From contig OZ241986.1 of assembly GCA_965204375.1 (NCBI GenBank), forward strand, positions 3,200,001 to 3,264,000: a DNA stretch of 64,000 nucleotides, written 5' to 3'. The stretch comes from Candidatus Latescibacterota bacterium (GTDB lineage: Bacteria > Latescibacterota > UBA2968). Below, one piece after another: positions 19,776 to 30,049 of this stretch. Numbering within the stretch: position 1 is the stretch's first letter; each line of letters starts with the position of its first letter. Below the pieces are notes generated by a model. That model saw nothing but the letters and a program-made list of their open reading frames with translations, was not told the DNA's origin and made no database searches. Made by a program: the position numbers and the translations under genes.

Positions 19776-21038
19776 TCATTCACGTGTAAGATCGAGCCAG
19801 ACATTCACCTGACCGGATGCGCGGAGCCACTCAAACCAGGCCTGCCAGGTCTGACCGCGTAGATCAATAATACTTTCTTGTACATCCAGAGCCTCTCCCA
19901 ATTGTCCAAAATAGTCAGCCATATCCATATCCCCGGCTTGCCAGAGTCGGCGTAATTGCTCGCTTTGTCGGTCCAGGCTCTTTCGTCCTGTATGTTCCCA
20001 CTCATCCCAGGCAGAGCGCGATAACCCGTAGCGCTCTGCCGCACTAATCAGGGAAGCGTGTGCCATCTGCACCGCGTCATCGGCGAGTTGTTGAGCCTGG
20101 ACGCGCTCTGCCATAGCTGCGGTAACTTCATGTGCAAAGCGGTTCCTGATCGGAATCGGAATGGACAGGCCCAAACCGAGCAACCTTTCGCCATCTTCGT
20201 ACCCACCGGTGAAACTCAGTGTCGGGTCTGGGCGACGTTCGCGTCGTTGCAATCCCACCACAGCATCAGCCATAGTGACCCGCTGCCGCGCAGCTACAAC
20301 CCCCGGTAGCGCCAGCACCATGGCCTGCGAATCAGCACTTTGCTCAGGTATCTCTGGTAGTTTTTCGGGAAGAGAGGGCCACTGCGCCTCGGGGGTTCGC
20401 GGGCCAAGGCTGTACACCGCTTGTCGCGCCTCGGCCAAATCGGCGGCCGCCATTGCTTTTTGAATGCGTACCTCGGCCAAAGAGAGGAGAACTTGATCGA
20501 GTTCCACCTGGTCTAATTCGCCAGCCTCAAACTGACGCTGCGCCAATGTCGCAAACTCCTCCATCAACTGCTGGCGCGTCTGGGACAGGCGATTGCGTTC
20601 AAAGCCAGTTTGGTACTGCGCGAGACCATTGAGCAAATCTACTGCGACCACCCATCTGGCGTCCATGTACTCCGCCTCGGCAACGAGACGGTCCAACTCC
20701 GCCACTGCGGTACGCGCCTTGCGTTTGCCGCCCCAGTCCAGCGTCTGACTAATCGATAGTGTGCGTATTCTGGCCTGTGCATTCTCAGCATCCAGCGACA
20801 ATTCGGGATTGTAGAGGGGGCGCGACGCTGCATCTCTAAGCGCACCACTCGCTTCTAAACCTGCGCGTGCCGCCTGCACGCGGTGATTGGAATCAACCAC
20901 AGCTTGCACAAAACGCGTTAACGCGACACTGGCCCGGGCATCTCCCAGCACCGTTGTCTCGGAGACCAGTGTCGTCCATGACACCAATATCAGGCCACAC
21001 AATACGAAAACGTATCGATAACATAGTTTTGGCATCAA
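19776..21038 (-). CDS. TolC family outer-membrane efflux protein (CzcC-like)
   Basis: Signal peptide, YNPELSL, ISQTLDWGGKRKAR, PDPTLS, GLSIPIPIRNR. Confidence 0.88.
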   Translation of the reverse strand: MMPKLCYRYVFVLCGLILVSWTTLVSETTVLGDARASVALTRFVQAVVDSNHRVQAARAGLEASGALRDAASRPLYNPELSLDAENAQARIRTLSISQTLDWGGKRKARTAVAELDRLVAEAEYMDARWVVAVDLLNGLAQYQTGFERNRLSQTRQQLMEEFATLAQRQFEAGELDQVELDQVLLSLAEVRIQKAMAAADLAEARQAVYSLGPRTPEAQWPSLPEKLPEIPEQSADSQAMVLALPGVVAARQRVTMADAVVGLQRRERRPDPTLSFTGGYEDGERLLGLGLSIPIPIRNRFAHEVTAAMAERVQAQQLADDAVQMAHASLISAAERYGLSRSAWDEWEHTGRKSLDRQSEQLRRLWQAGDMDMADYFGQLGEALDVQESIIDLRGQTWQAWFEWLRASGQVNVWLDLTRE

Positions 21039-21104
21039 TCATCCTCCCAATGGTGACAATCAAAAGTAATCCGGAAAATTTAGCGCGGAATATACAACTA
21101 TATA

Positions 21105-21290
21105 ACGTGATGTGTGACTTTAAAAGTAAATGTGCTACTATACCCTGTCATGCTGAGGAAGCCGATAGGCTGACGAAGCATCTGTTACCCATGCACACCG
21201 TTGAGGCAGCAGATTCTTCGACTCCGCTGCGCTCCGCTCAGAATGACAGTGCTCTTATGACCACTGATCTTGAAGTCACACATGGCGTAA
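21105..21290. repeat. Nested palindromic intergenic element (REP/MITE-like)
   Basis: Inner IR CTGTCATGCTGAG (21145) / CTCAGAATGACAG (21249); outer IR ATGTGTGACTT (about 21110) / AAGTCACACAT (about 21273). Confidence 0.7.
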
Positions 21291-21328
21291 CTATATACCC
21301 AAAATTGTTAATAGACAATTTGTAAAAA

Positions 21329-22711
21329 TCAAATCTGGTGCGTTTTCCAATGTCCCTGGGCAAATTTGCGAACGGTCAGTGCCCCCTGTACAATACTGTA
21401 AACAATAAGCGCGGCCCAGATACCGTAGATATCAAACCCAAGTGTAAACCCCAGGAGATATGCGACCGGCAGGCGAACCAGCCACTGGGCAATCAGGGTA
21501 TAATACATCGGAGGCATCGTATCGCCGGCACCTCTGAGACTGCCGCTACTCGTATTGGCAGCACACAAAAATGGTTCGGCAACGACCATCGCGTAAAGGT
21601 AGATGACACCGATGCCGATCACTTCCTGTGCATCCGTAAATATCGACATGAAAAACCCCGCAAACACCACGGCGGGCAGCGACAGGGCAATATTGGTCAC
21701 AACAGAAATAAAGAGAATCGTCCAACCGTGGCGCTCTGCACCAGCAGGCTCTTTCGCCCCCAAATGCTGCCCCACCATAGCCGTTGCAACCGTGCCAAAA
21801 GCCAGCCCGGTTCGCCGCAAAATGTGTTCCACCTGACTCCCAATCGCATACGCTGCAACCGCAGTTGTAGATAATGTGGACATTGCAATAAGTTTGAGAT
21901 AAACCACACCTGAGCCGTTGCGCAAAATCCCCTGAAGACCAGAAGGAACGCCAATCTTGAGGATGCGACGCGCAACATCCCAGTTAAACCTGTAGGACGT
22001 ATCGGGCAAAAGTGTGAGCGCGAAACGCCCACTATAAAGACACCCAAGCCCAATCAACGTTGCCGCACTGCGCCCCAAAAGACCGCCCACAGCAGCCCCC
22101 ACAACGCCCAATGCCGGCAAACCCCAGTGACCAAAGATGAGGAGATAACACATCACAATTTGAATGCTACTACTGATCAAACTCAGATAGAAAGGCGTAC
22201 GCGTATCTCCAGCACCCTGAAAACAACTCGCAATCGCGCGATTCAGCGTCATAAAAGGAACACCCAAAAAGAAAACCTGTAAATACGGCGTGCCCAGAGC
22301 CGCCACCTCGGAATCAGAAGTCATCATCGGAATCAAAAAAGGCGAAAGAGCCAAACTGCCCAGACCAAAAGCGATACTAAACAAAAAAAGCAGGGAAAAC
22401 GCCTGCTTCGCCGCTGCACTGGCTTCGCGCATAGAATCTGCGCCAATCGCCTGTGCGACCATCGTCAGCGCGCCCCTCGAAATGGACATCATCGCGGTAA
22501 AGAGCACGCGCGTAAACGCCTGGGCAATACCCACCGCAGAAAGGGCGACAGGACCGAGCTTCCCAATCATAAAGAGTTGCGCCATATACACAGCCGTCTC
22601 GATCATGCCTCCCCCAGCAACGGGTAAGGTCATCCAGAGGACCTTACTGGTTAGTGAAAGATCGACTTTGCGCTCGGTGGATTCTACTGTCGTTTCGAGT
22701 GGTTTAGACAT
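21329..22711 (-). CDS. MATE family efflux transporter
   Basis: IGKLGPVALSAVG, FQGAGDTRTP, LGVVGAA, LRGAGDT; about 12 TM segments. Confidence 0.93.
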   Translation of the reverse strand: MSKPLETTVESTERKVDLSLTSKVLWMTLPVAGGGMIETAVYMAQLFMIGKLGPVALSAVGIAQAFTRVLFTAMMSISRGALTMVAQAIGADSMREASAAAKQAFSLLFLFSIAFGLGSLALSPFLIPMMTSDSEVAALGTPYLQVFFLGVPFMTLNRAIASCFQGAGDTRTPFYLSLISSSIQIVMCYLLIFGHWGLPALGVVGAAVGGLLGRSAATLIGLGCLYSGRFALTLLPDTSYRFNWDVARRILKIGVPSGLQGILRNGSGVVYLKLIAMSTLSTTAVAAYAIGSQVEHILRRTGLAFGTVATAMVGQHLGAKEPAGAERHGWTILFISVVTNIALSLPAVVFAGFFMSIFTDAQEVIGIGVIYLYAMVVAEPFLCAANTSSGSLRGAGDTMPPMYYTLIAQWLVRLPVAYLLGFTLGFDIYGIWAALIVYSIVQGALTVRKFAQGHWKTHQI

Positions 22712-22715
22712 GGAG

Positions 22716-22900
22716 AATTAGGAATTAGGATTAAAAATTAGGAGCGGTGCATAACTGGTGATAGCCATTTCATCAACGAAAGTACCCCTTCGTGTCCTTT
22801 GTGTCCTTCGTGGATCATTTTGGGTGGTAGGGCGGGGTTCGTCTATTCGTCTATGAACTGGCCTGAGAGTCGGCCAGTTGTACCCCGCTCCGTCTATTCG
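22716..22900. repeat. Mosaic of short intergenic repeat modules
   Basis: AATTAGG tandem; CCTTCGTGT tandem (22785-22815, also at 59983-60013); module 22817-22854 (inverted copy at 55367-55404); hairpin 22853-22887 (copy at 55427-55461). Confidence 0.85.
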
Positions 22901-22901
22901 T

Positions 22902-23651
22902 CTAAAGATGTTCGGGAATACCCTGTCCCATCACCATAGCTGCGACATCGTCCTGCGTAACATCACAGATCGGAAAATCGCCGACCTTTTCGCCGTGGCT
23001 GAGAATAGTTGCCCGATCAGCAACTTCAAACACATGAGTAATATTGTGCGTAATAAAAATGACACCTATACCTTTTTCTTTAGCAGCCGTGATATAGCCG
23101 AGCACCTTGCGCGTTTCGCCAACGGAAAGCGCAGAAGTCGGCTCATCGAGAATAAGCACGCGAGACCCAAAGTGAAGGGCGCGGGCTATGGCAATCGATT
23201 GTCGCTCCCCACCGGAAAGACGGGCAACAGATTCACTCGCATTGCGAATGTGAATACCTATCTCACCCAGCGCCGCAGCCGCACCTGCATCCATCGCCGC
23301 CTGATCGAAAAGCGCAAACGGACCGACCCGCTTGACGAGTTCCCTGCCCAGATAAAAATTGCGCGCAATGCTCATACTCGGCACGAGCGCGAGATCCTGA
23401 TAAACGGTCTCAATCCCCAGATCTCGGGCATCCTGCGGCGAGTCGAACCGAATAACTTCATCTCCAAAATACATATCGCCTTCGCTCGGCGGATAAACAC
23501 CCGTAATCACCTTAATCAGCGTAGATTTACCCGCCCCATTATCGCCTAAAAGCGCGAGAACTTCACCATCCTCAAGTGTGAAATCAATGCCTTTCAGCGC
23601 GACAATATGCCCAAAACGGCGACCGATATTTTTTAGCTCCAGCAAAGCCAA
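22902..23651 (-). CDS. Sugar ABC transporter ATP-binding protein
   Basis: LGDNGAGKST, IETVYQDLAL, LSGGERQ, ILDEPT, FITH; TTG start inferred. Confidence 0.93.
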   Translation of the reverse strand: MALLELKNIGRRFGHIVALKGIDFTLEDGEVLALLGDNGAGKSTLIKVITGVYPPSEGDMYFGDEVIRFDSPQDARDLGIETVYQDLALVPSMSIARNFYLGRELVKRVGPFALFDQAAMDAGAAAALGEIGIHIRNASESVARLSGGERQSIAIARALHFGSRVLILDEPTSALSVGETRKVLGYITAAKEKGIGVIFITHNITHVFEVADRATILSHGEKVGDFPICDVTQDDVAAMVMGQGIPEHL

Positions 23652-23658
23652 AGTAGCC

Positions 23659-24837
23659 TCAGCGTTCTTTCCGCACAAAATTGTTAATCACAACAGCCGC
23701 GATCATAATAGCGCCAATAGCACCTCGAAAGGCATTGGAGGGAACCTGCATAAGAACAAGCCCCGTGCGCAACATACCCGTCAGCGCCGTGCCAATAGCC
23801 GAACCGATCAAACTGCCATACCCTCCTGTGAGCAGCGTTCCACCAATGACAACCGCGGCGATGACTTCGAGTTCCAGCCCCGTACCGCGCAATGGATCAA
23901 CACTCTTGAGGCGCGCGACCTGAATAATACCCGCAAGTGCGGCGAGAAATCCCGAAATGACAAAATTGATCACGCGCACGCGATCAATACGAATACCCTG
24001 CAAACGCGCCGCCTGGGCATTGCCCCCCGTGGCAAAAACAGCGTTGCCAAAGCGCGTTTGACGCAACACAATTGCAAAAACAGACGTAAGCCCAATCCAC
24101 CAGAGAATACTGGTGCGATAATTATCCGTTCCAATGCGTCCGTTGAGCGCATAAAAAAAATCAATTTTAACCGGCATCAAAGGATGGGGTACAAGTGCCT
24201 CAATGACGAGATAAGCGACAAAAAGAAGCGCGGCAATAACCAGAATTTTGGACTTTATGGATTGATTTCTCGCCCGCCAGATATCCCGCGCCGACCACAG
24301 AACAAGAAAAAAAAGTGCGAGCGTCAAAATAAAAACCACCAGACCGGGCACTTCGAGAATTGGAGACTCGCGCGAATAGTCGGCATATCGTATAATGCGC
24401 CCCCCAGAAATAGCCGTAAGGGGAATGGCGCGATAAGCGAGCATCGTCCCCAGCGTAATAATAAACGATGGAATGCCCGTGGATATGAGAAGCAACCCAT
24501 TGATCAGACCGAGCAAACAACCGACAATTAATCCAATGGCTGCCGCGAGTAAAACAGGTACACCATTTACAGTTGCATAGAGAAACGCGAGAGAAGACAC
24601 CCCGAGAATAGAACCAACTGAAAGGTCAAACTCTCCAGAAATCATCAAAAGCGTAATACCAATCGCGAGGATGCCTGGAACGGCCTGACTGTTGAGAATG
24701 GATGAAATTGCGCTATGGGAGAGAAATGTATCTGGCGTGGCGAATGCAAAGATCAAAAATATAACGGAAAAACCCGCTGCAGCGCCAGCTTCTGGAGAGC
24801 GCACAAAGCGGGTGCGAATGGCGTCATAAGGCTTCAA
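23659..24837 (-). CDS. Sugar ABC transporter permease (RbsC-like)
   Basis: ISGEFDLSVGS, IPSFIITLG, ATGGNAQAARLQG, LEVIAAVVIGG. Confidence 0.93.
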   Translation of the reverse strand: MKPYDAIRTRFVRSPEAGAAAGFSVIFLIFAFATPDTFLSHSAISSILNSQAVPGILAIGITLLMISGEFDLSVGSILGVSSLAFLYATVNGVPVLLAAAIGLIVGCLLGLINGLLLISTGIPSFIITLGTMLAYRAIPLTAISGGRIIRYADYSRESPILEVPGLVVFILTLALFFLVLWSARDIWRARNQSIKSKILVIAALLFVAYLVIEALVPHPLMPVKIDFFYALNGRIGTDNYRTSILWWIGLTSVFAIVLRQTRFGNAVFATGGNAQAARLQGIRIDRVRVINFVISGFLAALAGIIQVARLKSVDPLRGTGLELEVIAAVVIGGTLLTGGYGSLIGSAIGTALTGMLRTGLVLMQVPSNAFRGAIGAIMIAAVVINNFVRKER

Positions 24838-24845
24838 TAGAAATC

Positions 24846-25816
24846 CTATCTATAACCCGCGGTCACTAATCTGGCAATGCGGTCAACATTTGATGCATTA
24901 ATGGCGAAGGGACCTGTGAGCACATCCTGTGCGAGAGTGAGACCATAGGCATTATTCAAATACAAAAAAGAAACAGTCAGATAACCCTGCAAATAGGGCT
25001 GTTGATCAACAGCCTGAACCGTATATCCCCTCCGAATATGCTCAAATATGGACGTACTCGTATCGTGGGTAACATGCAAAATTTCGCCAGCTTTTTTTCC
25101 CGCTTCCTCCACAAAAAGGTAAAAAGCATCGGCTGGCAGTGGTCCCAGGGTGGCGATGGCATTGGTCTCAGGATGGCCGAGAAAATAGTCGCGCAACAAA
25201 CCCGCGGACTGCTCGACATCGTTCGATATGGTCAAGCCATCAACCACAATGCCTTTCTCCACAAAAATACTCGAGAACCCGGCAAACCGCGCTTCGAGAC
25301 CACTGTGCCCGAGTTCCTGGATAGGACATACCGCGCGTTGAACCGCTATCCCGCGCTTTTCCGCCTCGGCGAGAATAGCTCTTGCATTGGATTGACCGCC
25401 GAGATACTCGCTGGCACCCACATAGAATTGCGTGGGCAATGCATGATCTCCCCCCGCGTTGGGATCCGCCGTATTGAGCACAATAATGGGGATACCCGCC
25501 GCGTGTGCACGCACAACGCTCTCCCCCGGATAGCTTCGGGATCCGGGCACGTAATACCAATACCATTGACCTTATTTGCAATCGCATCGTCGAGAAAATT
25601 GGGCATATCCGCAATCGAAAATGTGGGATTGCTCAGCCATTGCACATCCACGTCATAGCGCTTAGCCGCATCTTCCATACCCTTAATCACCACATTCCAG
25701 AATGGATTTCCCGGCCCACCATGCGTGACAAAAGCAAATTTATAGCGTTCCTGAGCAATTGCCGGGTGCAGGCAAGAGAAAGCAAAAAAAAGTGCGAAAA
25801 TATAGCGAATAACCAT
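24846..25816 (-). pseudogene. Sugar ABC substrate-binding protein split by a frameshift (real or sequencing error)
   Basis: N-half (FVTHGGPGNPFWNVV...PDPEAIR) and C-half (ESVVRAHAAGIPII...DQQPYLQGY) lie in different frames, joined at a G5 run (25523-25527). Confidence 0.85.
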
Positions 25817-25868
25817 TGAGAACTCCTATCTCAAAATGAAGGCTTCGCAAGATACGCGCCCAAAAAGA

Positions 25869-26546
25869 TCAAGTCAAGTTCGACAAACAGGCATGCGTGT
25901 ACGGTAAGGGATCTATGCCCGTAGCGAGTTTTGCAGCACGCGCATGGGCGAGAAGAAAATCGAGTTCATCGGGGGTATCGACATCAAACCAGGGAGGAAC
26001 GAGACCGAGCGTATTCCCCGCGCACTGAACGCGGTCAATGGTCTGCGATAGAACGCTGGGCGTGCTCCATTCGACATCCTCGAAAATTTCCGGCGTAGAT
26101 TTTGAAACACCAACGAGATAGTATCCGCCATCTATACTCGGACCCAAAACAACATCCTTTGTGTACAGCAGATCGAATGCCTGTGTAATATGGTGGGCTG
26201 GCAGAGAAGGGATATCCGTACCAATGAGAACGGCTGCTGATGCACCAGCGTCGAGTTCTTGAACAAGAGCTTCTCGCATACGCGCACCGAGATCATCCTG
26301 CACCTGAGGAACGTACTGCCATTGAGCCTTCCCACCACCAAAAAGCGCGCGCACCTCGGATTCTGCATCGGGCGGATCAAAAGCGATCACCCGTCGATCG
26401 ACATCAATACCTTCGACCCGCGCCAACACATCGCGCACAAACGCGGTGTAAAGGGCTGCAACCTGATCGGGTGCATAGCGCGTCTGCAAGCGGGTCTTAA
26501 CCGCACCGGGAATTGGGTTTTTGACAAAGACAATTAGAGACGTCAT
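25869..26546 (-). CDS. TIGR04282/DUF2064-type glycosyltransferase-like protein
   Basis: FVKNPIPGAVKTRL, DLGARM, IGTDIP, VLGPSIDGGYYLVG, WST, DVDTPDEL. Confidence 0.9.
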   Translation of the reverse strand: MTSLIVFVKNPIPGAVKTRLQTRYAPDQVAALYTAFVRDVLARVEGIDVDRRVIAFDPPDAESEVRALFGGGKAQWQYVPQVQDDLGARMREALVQELDAGASAAVLIGTDIPSLPAHHITQAFDLLYTKDVVLGPSIDGGYYLVGVSKSTPEIFEDVEWSTPSVLSQTIDRVQCAGNTLGLVPPWFDVDTPDELDFLLAHARAAKLATGIDPLPYTHACLSNLT

Positions 26547-26732
26547 GTGAAGTGTGAAGTGTGAAGCACCATCCAACACTACCCAATGCTTCATCTCACC
26601 ATTGTCGCATTGATAGGCTGTTTACGCAAACATAAAATTTTTGTATCATAACAAAGCCAATGAACATAGTACCGGAAAAAGATCTAAAAATCAAATTATT
26701 AACTCTCTCAACCCCAAAGGAGAACCTGAAAA

Positions 26733-28646
26733 ATGAGTTCCCGCTCCCAAAAATCTGATTTTATCCCCCTCACATATACCACCCCCGACCGTCTGGTCAC
26801 AGATTTTGCAAGCCGGGGCATTGTCATCCTTTCCCCTGAAGACCTGGGCATCCCCGCCGAAATCCACAAACGCGTTTACGATTTCGAAAAAAAGGCTTTA
26901 AGCGAAAAAAAGCGCGTCACAACAGGCATCATCCCCGACGTACTCGAAATCCTCAACGCACCCGGCCTCGTCTCTGCCTGCGACAAGCTCGCAGGTAAAA
27001 ACTGGGCCATCGTCCCCTTTACCCACAACGCAGTCTTTACCAGTGGACCCAGAGATCAACACTGGCACAAAGACGACAACGGTCCCTACAACAGCCGAAA
27101 ACAACGCCACCATCAGGCCGTCCAACTGGAAATGCTGTACTATCCTCAAGATGTCACAGCAGAAATGGGGCCCACAGCAACCATACCCTACTCACAATAT
27201 TGGACCTTTAACCACGAAGAAAACCACGACAACTTTGCGGGCGCAGACCACCTTGATTTTGCCTACTTCTTCGACATGCAAAGCGAACACGTCAGCGGCC
27301 CCCAATCCAAATACGACATCGAAGACATCGGCAACCAGCGCACCGCCCACGACATTCGCATGCGCGATGCCGTCACCAACACACAATGGCCCCTCGTACT
27401 CCCCTTTGAAGCGGGACCACTCCGCGCAGGCAGCGTGATCATCTACTCGCACAACACCTTCCACAGAGGCAACCACCGGCGCGATGACTGGCGCACCTGG
27501 GACGACAACCCGCGCTTTATGTGGCGCTTCTGGCTCTACCGCACCACCGATCCATCACCCAACGGATCAACAACCGTTGTGCCAATGAACGACCTCGGCA
27601 TCGACCCCATCACCTGCGTCAACCTCTCCGAGGCACCAGACAATGTCACCGAAGTGTGGCGCTATCATCACCACTGGATCAAAACCGGTCAGGCACCGCC
27701 GCCCCGGCCCGAATCAAAATCTGCTTCACCCGAACAAAAAGAGCGCGAAGCCGAAGCTCTGTTCGAACAACTCCACGCCAAATATGACGAAGCTGAACCC
27801 GTCCGAATTGGAGCAGCTTACAAACTCGCCTCAATTGGCGACCCGGCATTGGCGACCAAATTCCTCGGACGCGCGCTCCACACCGACCGCGAAAATGTCC
27901 GACGCGCAGCCACATATGGCCTGATCGCCGTGGGACCAGACGCGACAGACACACTCATCGAAGCAACCCGATCACCCATCAAATGGATTCGCAAAGCAGG
28001 CGTCTATGGTCTGGGCGACGCCAGCCATCTCACAAAGGATGTACTCGACGCAGTTACCTCCTGCTTACACAACGACTCCTCTGTCTATGTCCGCTCTGTA
28101 GCCGCGGGAACCCTGGGCTGTTTGGGTCGCCGTGCAGTAGCTACCAGCACGGGCACCGATCTCATTCCCAATTGCATTGACGCGCTCTTGCAAAGCCTCG
28201 GCCGCGAAGAAAACCGCCTCGGCATGGACAAGGCCCAAAAACGAAGCATCAAATTTGTTCGCCCAACCGACGACTGCGACGTCTGCGAAGGCGGTGGCGT
28301 CGATTTTGGCCTCGACCGCTTTGACCCTGTTCGCTCTGCCGTCCGGGAAAACGCCCTGTGGTCCATCGTCATCCTCTGTTCCCACGGCACCAAAATCCTC
28401 GGCAATGCACTTGAGCCGACAATCGAAACCTTAAAAGACATTATCCGAACGGACAAAAATGTCATCGACGTCGGATTCGCCATGGACGCGCTAATTCGCC
28501 TGGTCAACTTGAGCACGAAGGAAATTTCTCAAATCAACCGGGAAAATCTCCTGAATACCTTGAAAGAACTCCCCGTACACAGTTGGGAAACATTCATCCG
28601 CGGTGGCCTTAGTCTGGACACCGTATCAAAATTCAACAAACCCTGA
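26733..28646 (+). CDS. PhyH-like dioxygenase domain fused to HEAT repeats
   Basis: WHKD, YYPQDVTAEMGPT, AGSVIIYSHNTFHRG; C-terminal VRIGAAYKLA, VRRAATYGL, VRSVAAGTLG, VRENALWS repeats. Confidence 0.85.
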   Translation: MSSRSQKSDFIPLTYTTPDRLVTDFASRGIVILSPEDLGIPAEIHKRVYDFEKKALSEKKRVTTGIIPDVLEILNAPGLVSACDKLAGKNWAIVPFTHNAVFTSGPRDQHWHKDDNGPYNSRKQRHHQAVQLEMLYYPQDVTAEMGPTATIPYSQYWTFNHEENHDNFAGADHLDFAYFFDMQSEHVSGPQSKYDIEDIGNQRTAHDIRMRDAVTNTQWPLVLPFEAGPLRAGSVIIYSHNTFHRGNHRRDDWRTWDDNPRFMWRFWLYRTTDPSPNGSTTVVPMNDLGIDPITCVNLSEAPDNVTEVWRYHHHWIKTGQAPPPRPESKSASPEQKEREAEALFEQLHAKYDEAEPVRIGAAYKLASIGDPALATKFLGRALHTDRENVRRAATYGLIAVGPDATDTLIEATRSPIKWIRKAGVYGLGDASHLTKDVLDAVTSCLHNDSSVYVRSVAAGTLGCLGRRAVATSTGTDLIPNCIDALLQSLGREENRLGMDKAQKRSIKFVRPTDDCDVCEGGGVDFGLDRFDPVRSAVRENALWSIVILCSHGTKILGNALEPTIETLKDIIRTDKNVIDVGFAMDALIRLVNLSTKEISQINRENLLNTLKELPVHSWETFIRGGLSLDTVSKFNKP

Positions 28647-28674
28647 ACAACACACATCAAAGAATGGAGAACCT

Positions 28675-30033
28675 ATGTCTCAGGACCGACCAAATATTCT
28701 CTATATCATGGACGATCAGCACCGATGGGATTATCTGGGATCAATGGGCGCTGATTTTGTCAAAACGCCTAATCTGGACCGACTGGCCGAGCGCGGCATT
28801 CAATTTACACAATGTATAACAAATTGCCCGGTTTGCGCGCCATCTCGCATTGCGGTCGCGTCGGGCCTGCAACCCGTTCGCCTGGGAGCACTGGGTAACA
28901 ACAACTTTTTGCCACGCACAGCCACGACGTATTACCAACGGCTACGCGATCACAATTACTACGTAGGCTGCGTGGGCAAACTGGATCTGGCAAAACCCGA
29001 TGGGTACAATGGACGCGACGGAGATAGGCCAGCTACATATATGTGGGGCTTTACGCATCCCGTTGAAGTCGAAGGCAAAAGCCATGCTGGGAAGAGCAGA
29101 ATTCCCCAGGGACCCTACAATCATTTTTTAAAGAAAAAAGGATTACTCGATGCATTTGTCGATGATTATTCAGCGCGAAGTGGTCCCAAAACAAGTCATG
29201 ATTCGGTACTACCGACCGAAGCATTTGCAGATACGTACATCGGACAGCGATCTGTACAATGGATCGAAGACATCCCAGACGATTTCCCCTGGCATTTATT
29301 TGTGAGTTTTGTGGGACCACACAGTCCATTTGACCCTCCGACTGAATATGCCGAACGATATCGCAATGCCGAAATGCCAGGTCCGATTCCAGCAACGAGC
29401 AAAGGAAAACCCAGAAATATCGAAAGCAGCAGAAAAGGCCTGACCGGGGCTGAAATCCTGAAGACGCGACGGCAATATTGTGCGTATATCGAGCTAATTG
29501 ACGCTCAAATTGGCGAAATATTAGACGCGGTTGAAAAGCGGGGCATGATGGACAACACGTACATTATTTTTGCCAGCGACCACGGTGAAATGCTCGGCGA
29601 CCACGGGCTATATGGCAAGAGCGTGGCCTATGAGGCTTCGCTGCGCGTGCCACTTATTGTCGCAGGACCTGGTATTGAAGGAGGCAGGGTATCGGATGAA
29701 CCCGTAGAATTGATCGATACCAACGCGACGATCTGCGAATGGGCCGGATTGTCACCGCAGGAAAATATCGACGCAAAATCACTGGGACCCGTCTTAAGAG
29801 GCGAGACGGATGATCACCGCACAGAATCAGTCAGCCAAATTCGCAATTTCAGGTTGATCCGCACCAAAACACACAAATTGATCGAAAACCAAAACGATAT
29901 GAATGAGCTTTACGACCTGAAAAATGATCCCAATGAACTGAACAATATTGCCCGTGAAAATCCAGATATCGTACAGAAACTTGGCAGTCGGTTAGACGAA
30001 AGATTCAAAGAAGGCGCCTGGCTACGCGGTTAA
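28675..30033 (+). CDS. Sulfatase
   Basis: PNILYIMDDQHR, CAPSR, ASDHGEMLGDH, LYDLKNDPNE. Confidence 0.95.
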   Translation: MSQDRPNILYIMDDQHRWDYLGSMGADFVKTPNLDRLAERGIQFTQCITNCPVCAPSRIAVASGLQPVRLGALGNNNFLPRTATTYYQRLRDHNYYVGCVGKLDLAKPDGYNGRDGDRPATYMWGFTHPVEVEGKSHAGKSRIPQGPYNHFLKKKGLLDAFVDDYSARSGPKTSHDSVLPTEAFADTYIGQRSVQWIEDIPDDFPWHLFVSFVGPHSPFDPPTEYAERYRNAEMPGPIPATSKGKPRNIESSRKGLTGAEILKTRRQYCAYIELIDAQIGEILDAVEKRGMMDNTYIIFASDHGEMLGDHGLYGKSVAYEASLRVPLIVAGPGIEGGRVSDEPVELIDTNATICEWAGLSPQENIDAKSLGPVLRGETDDHRTESVSQIRNFRLIRTKTHKLIENQNDMNELYDLKNDPNELNNIARENPDIVQKLGSRLDERFKEGAWLRG

Positions 30034-30049
30034 GGTAAGGAGATCAATC

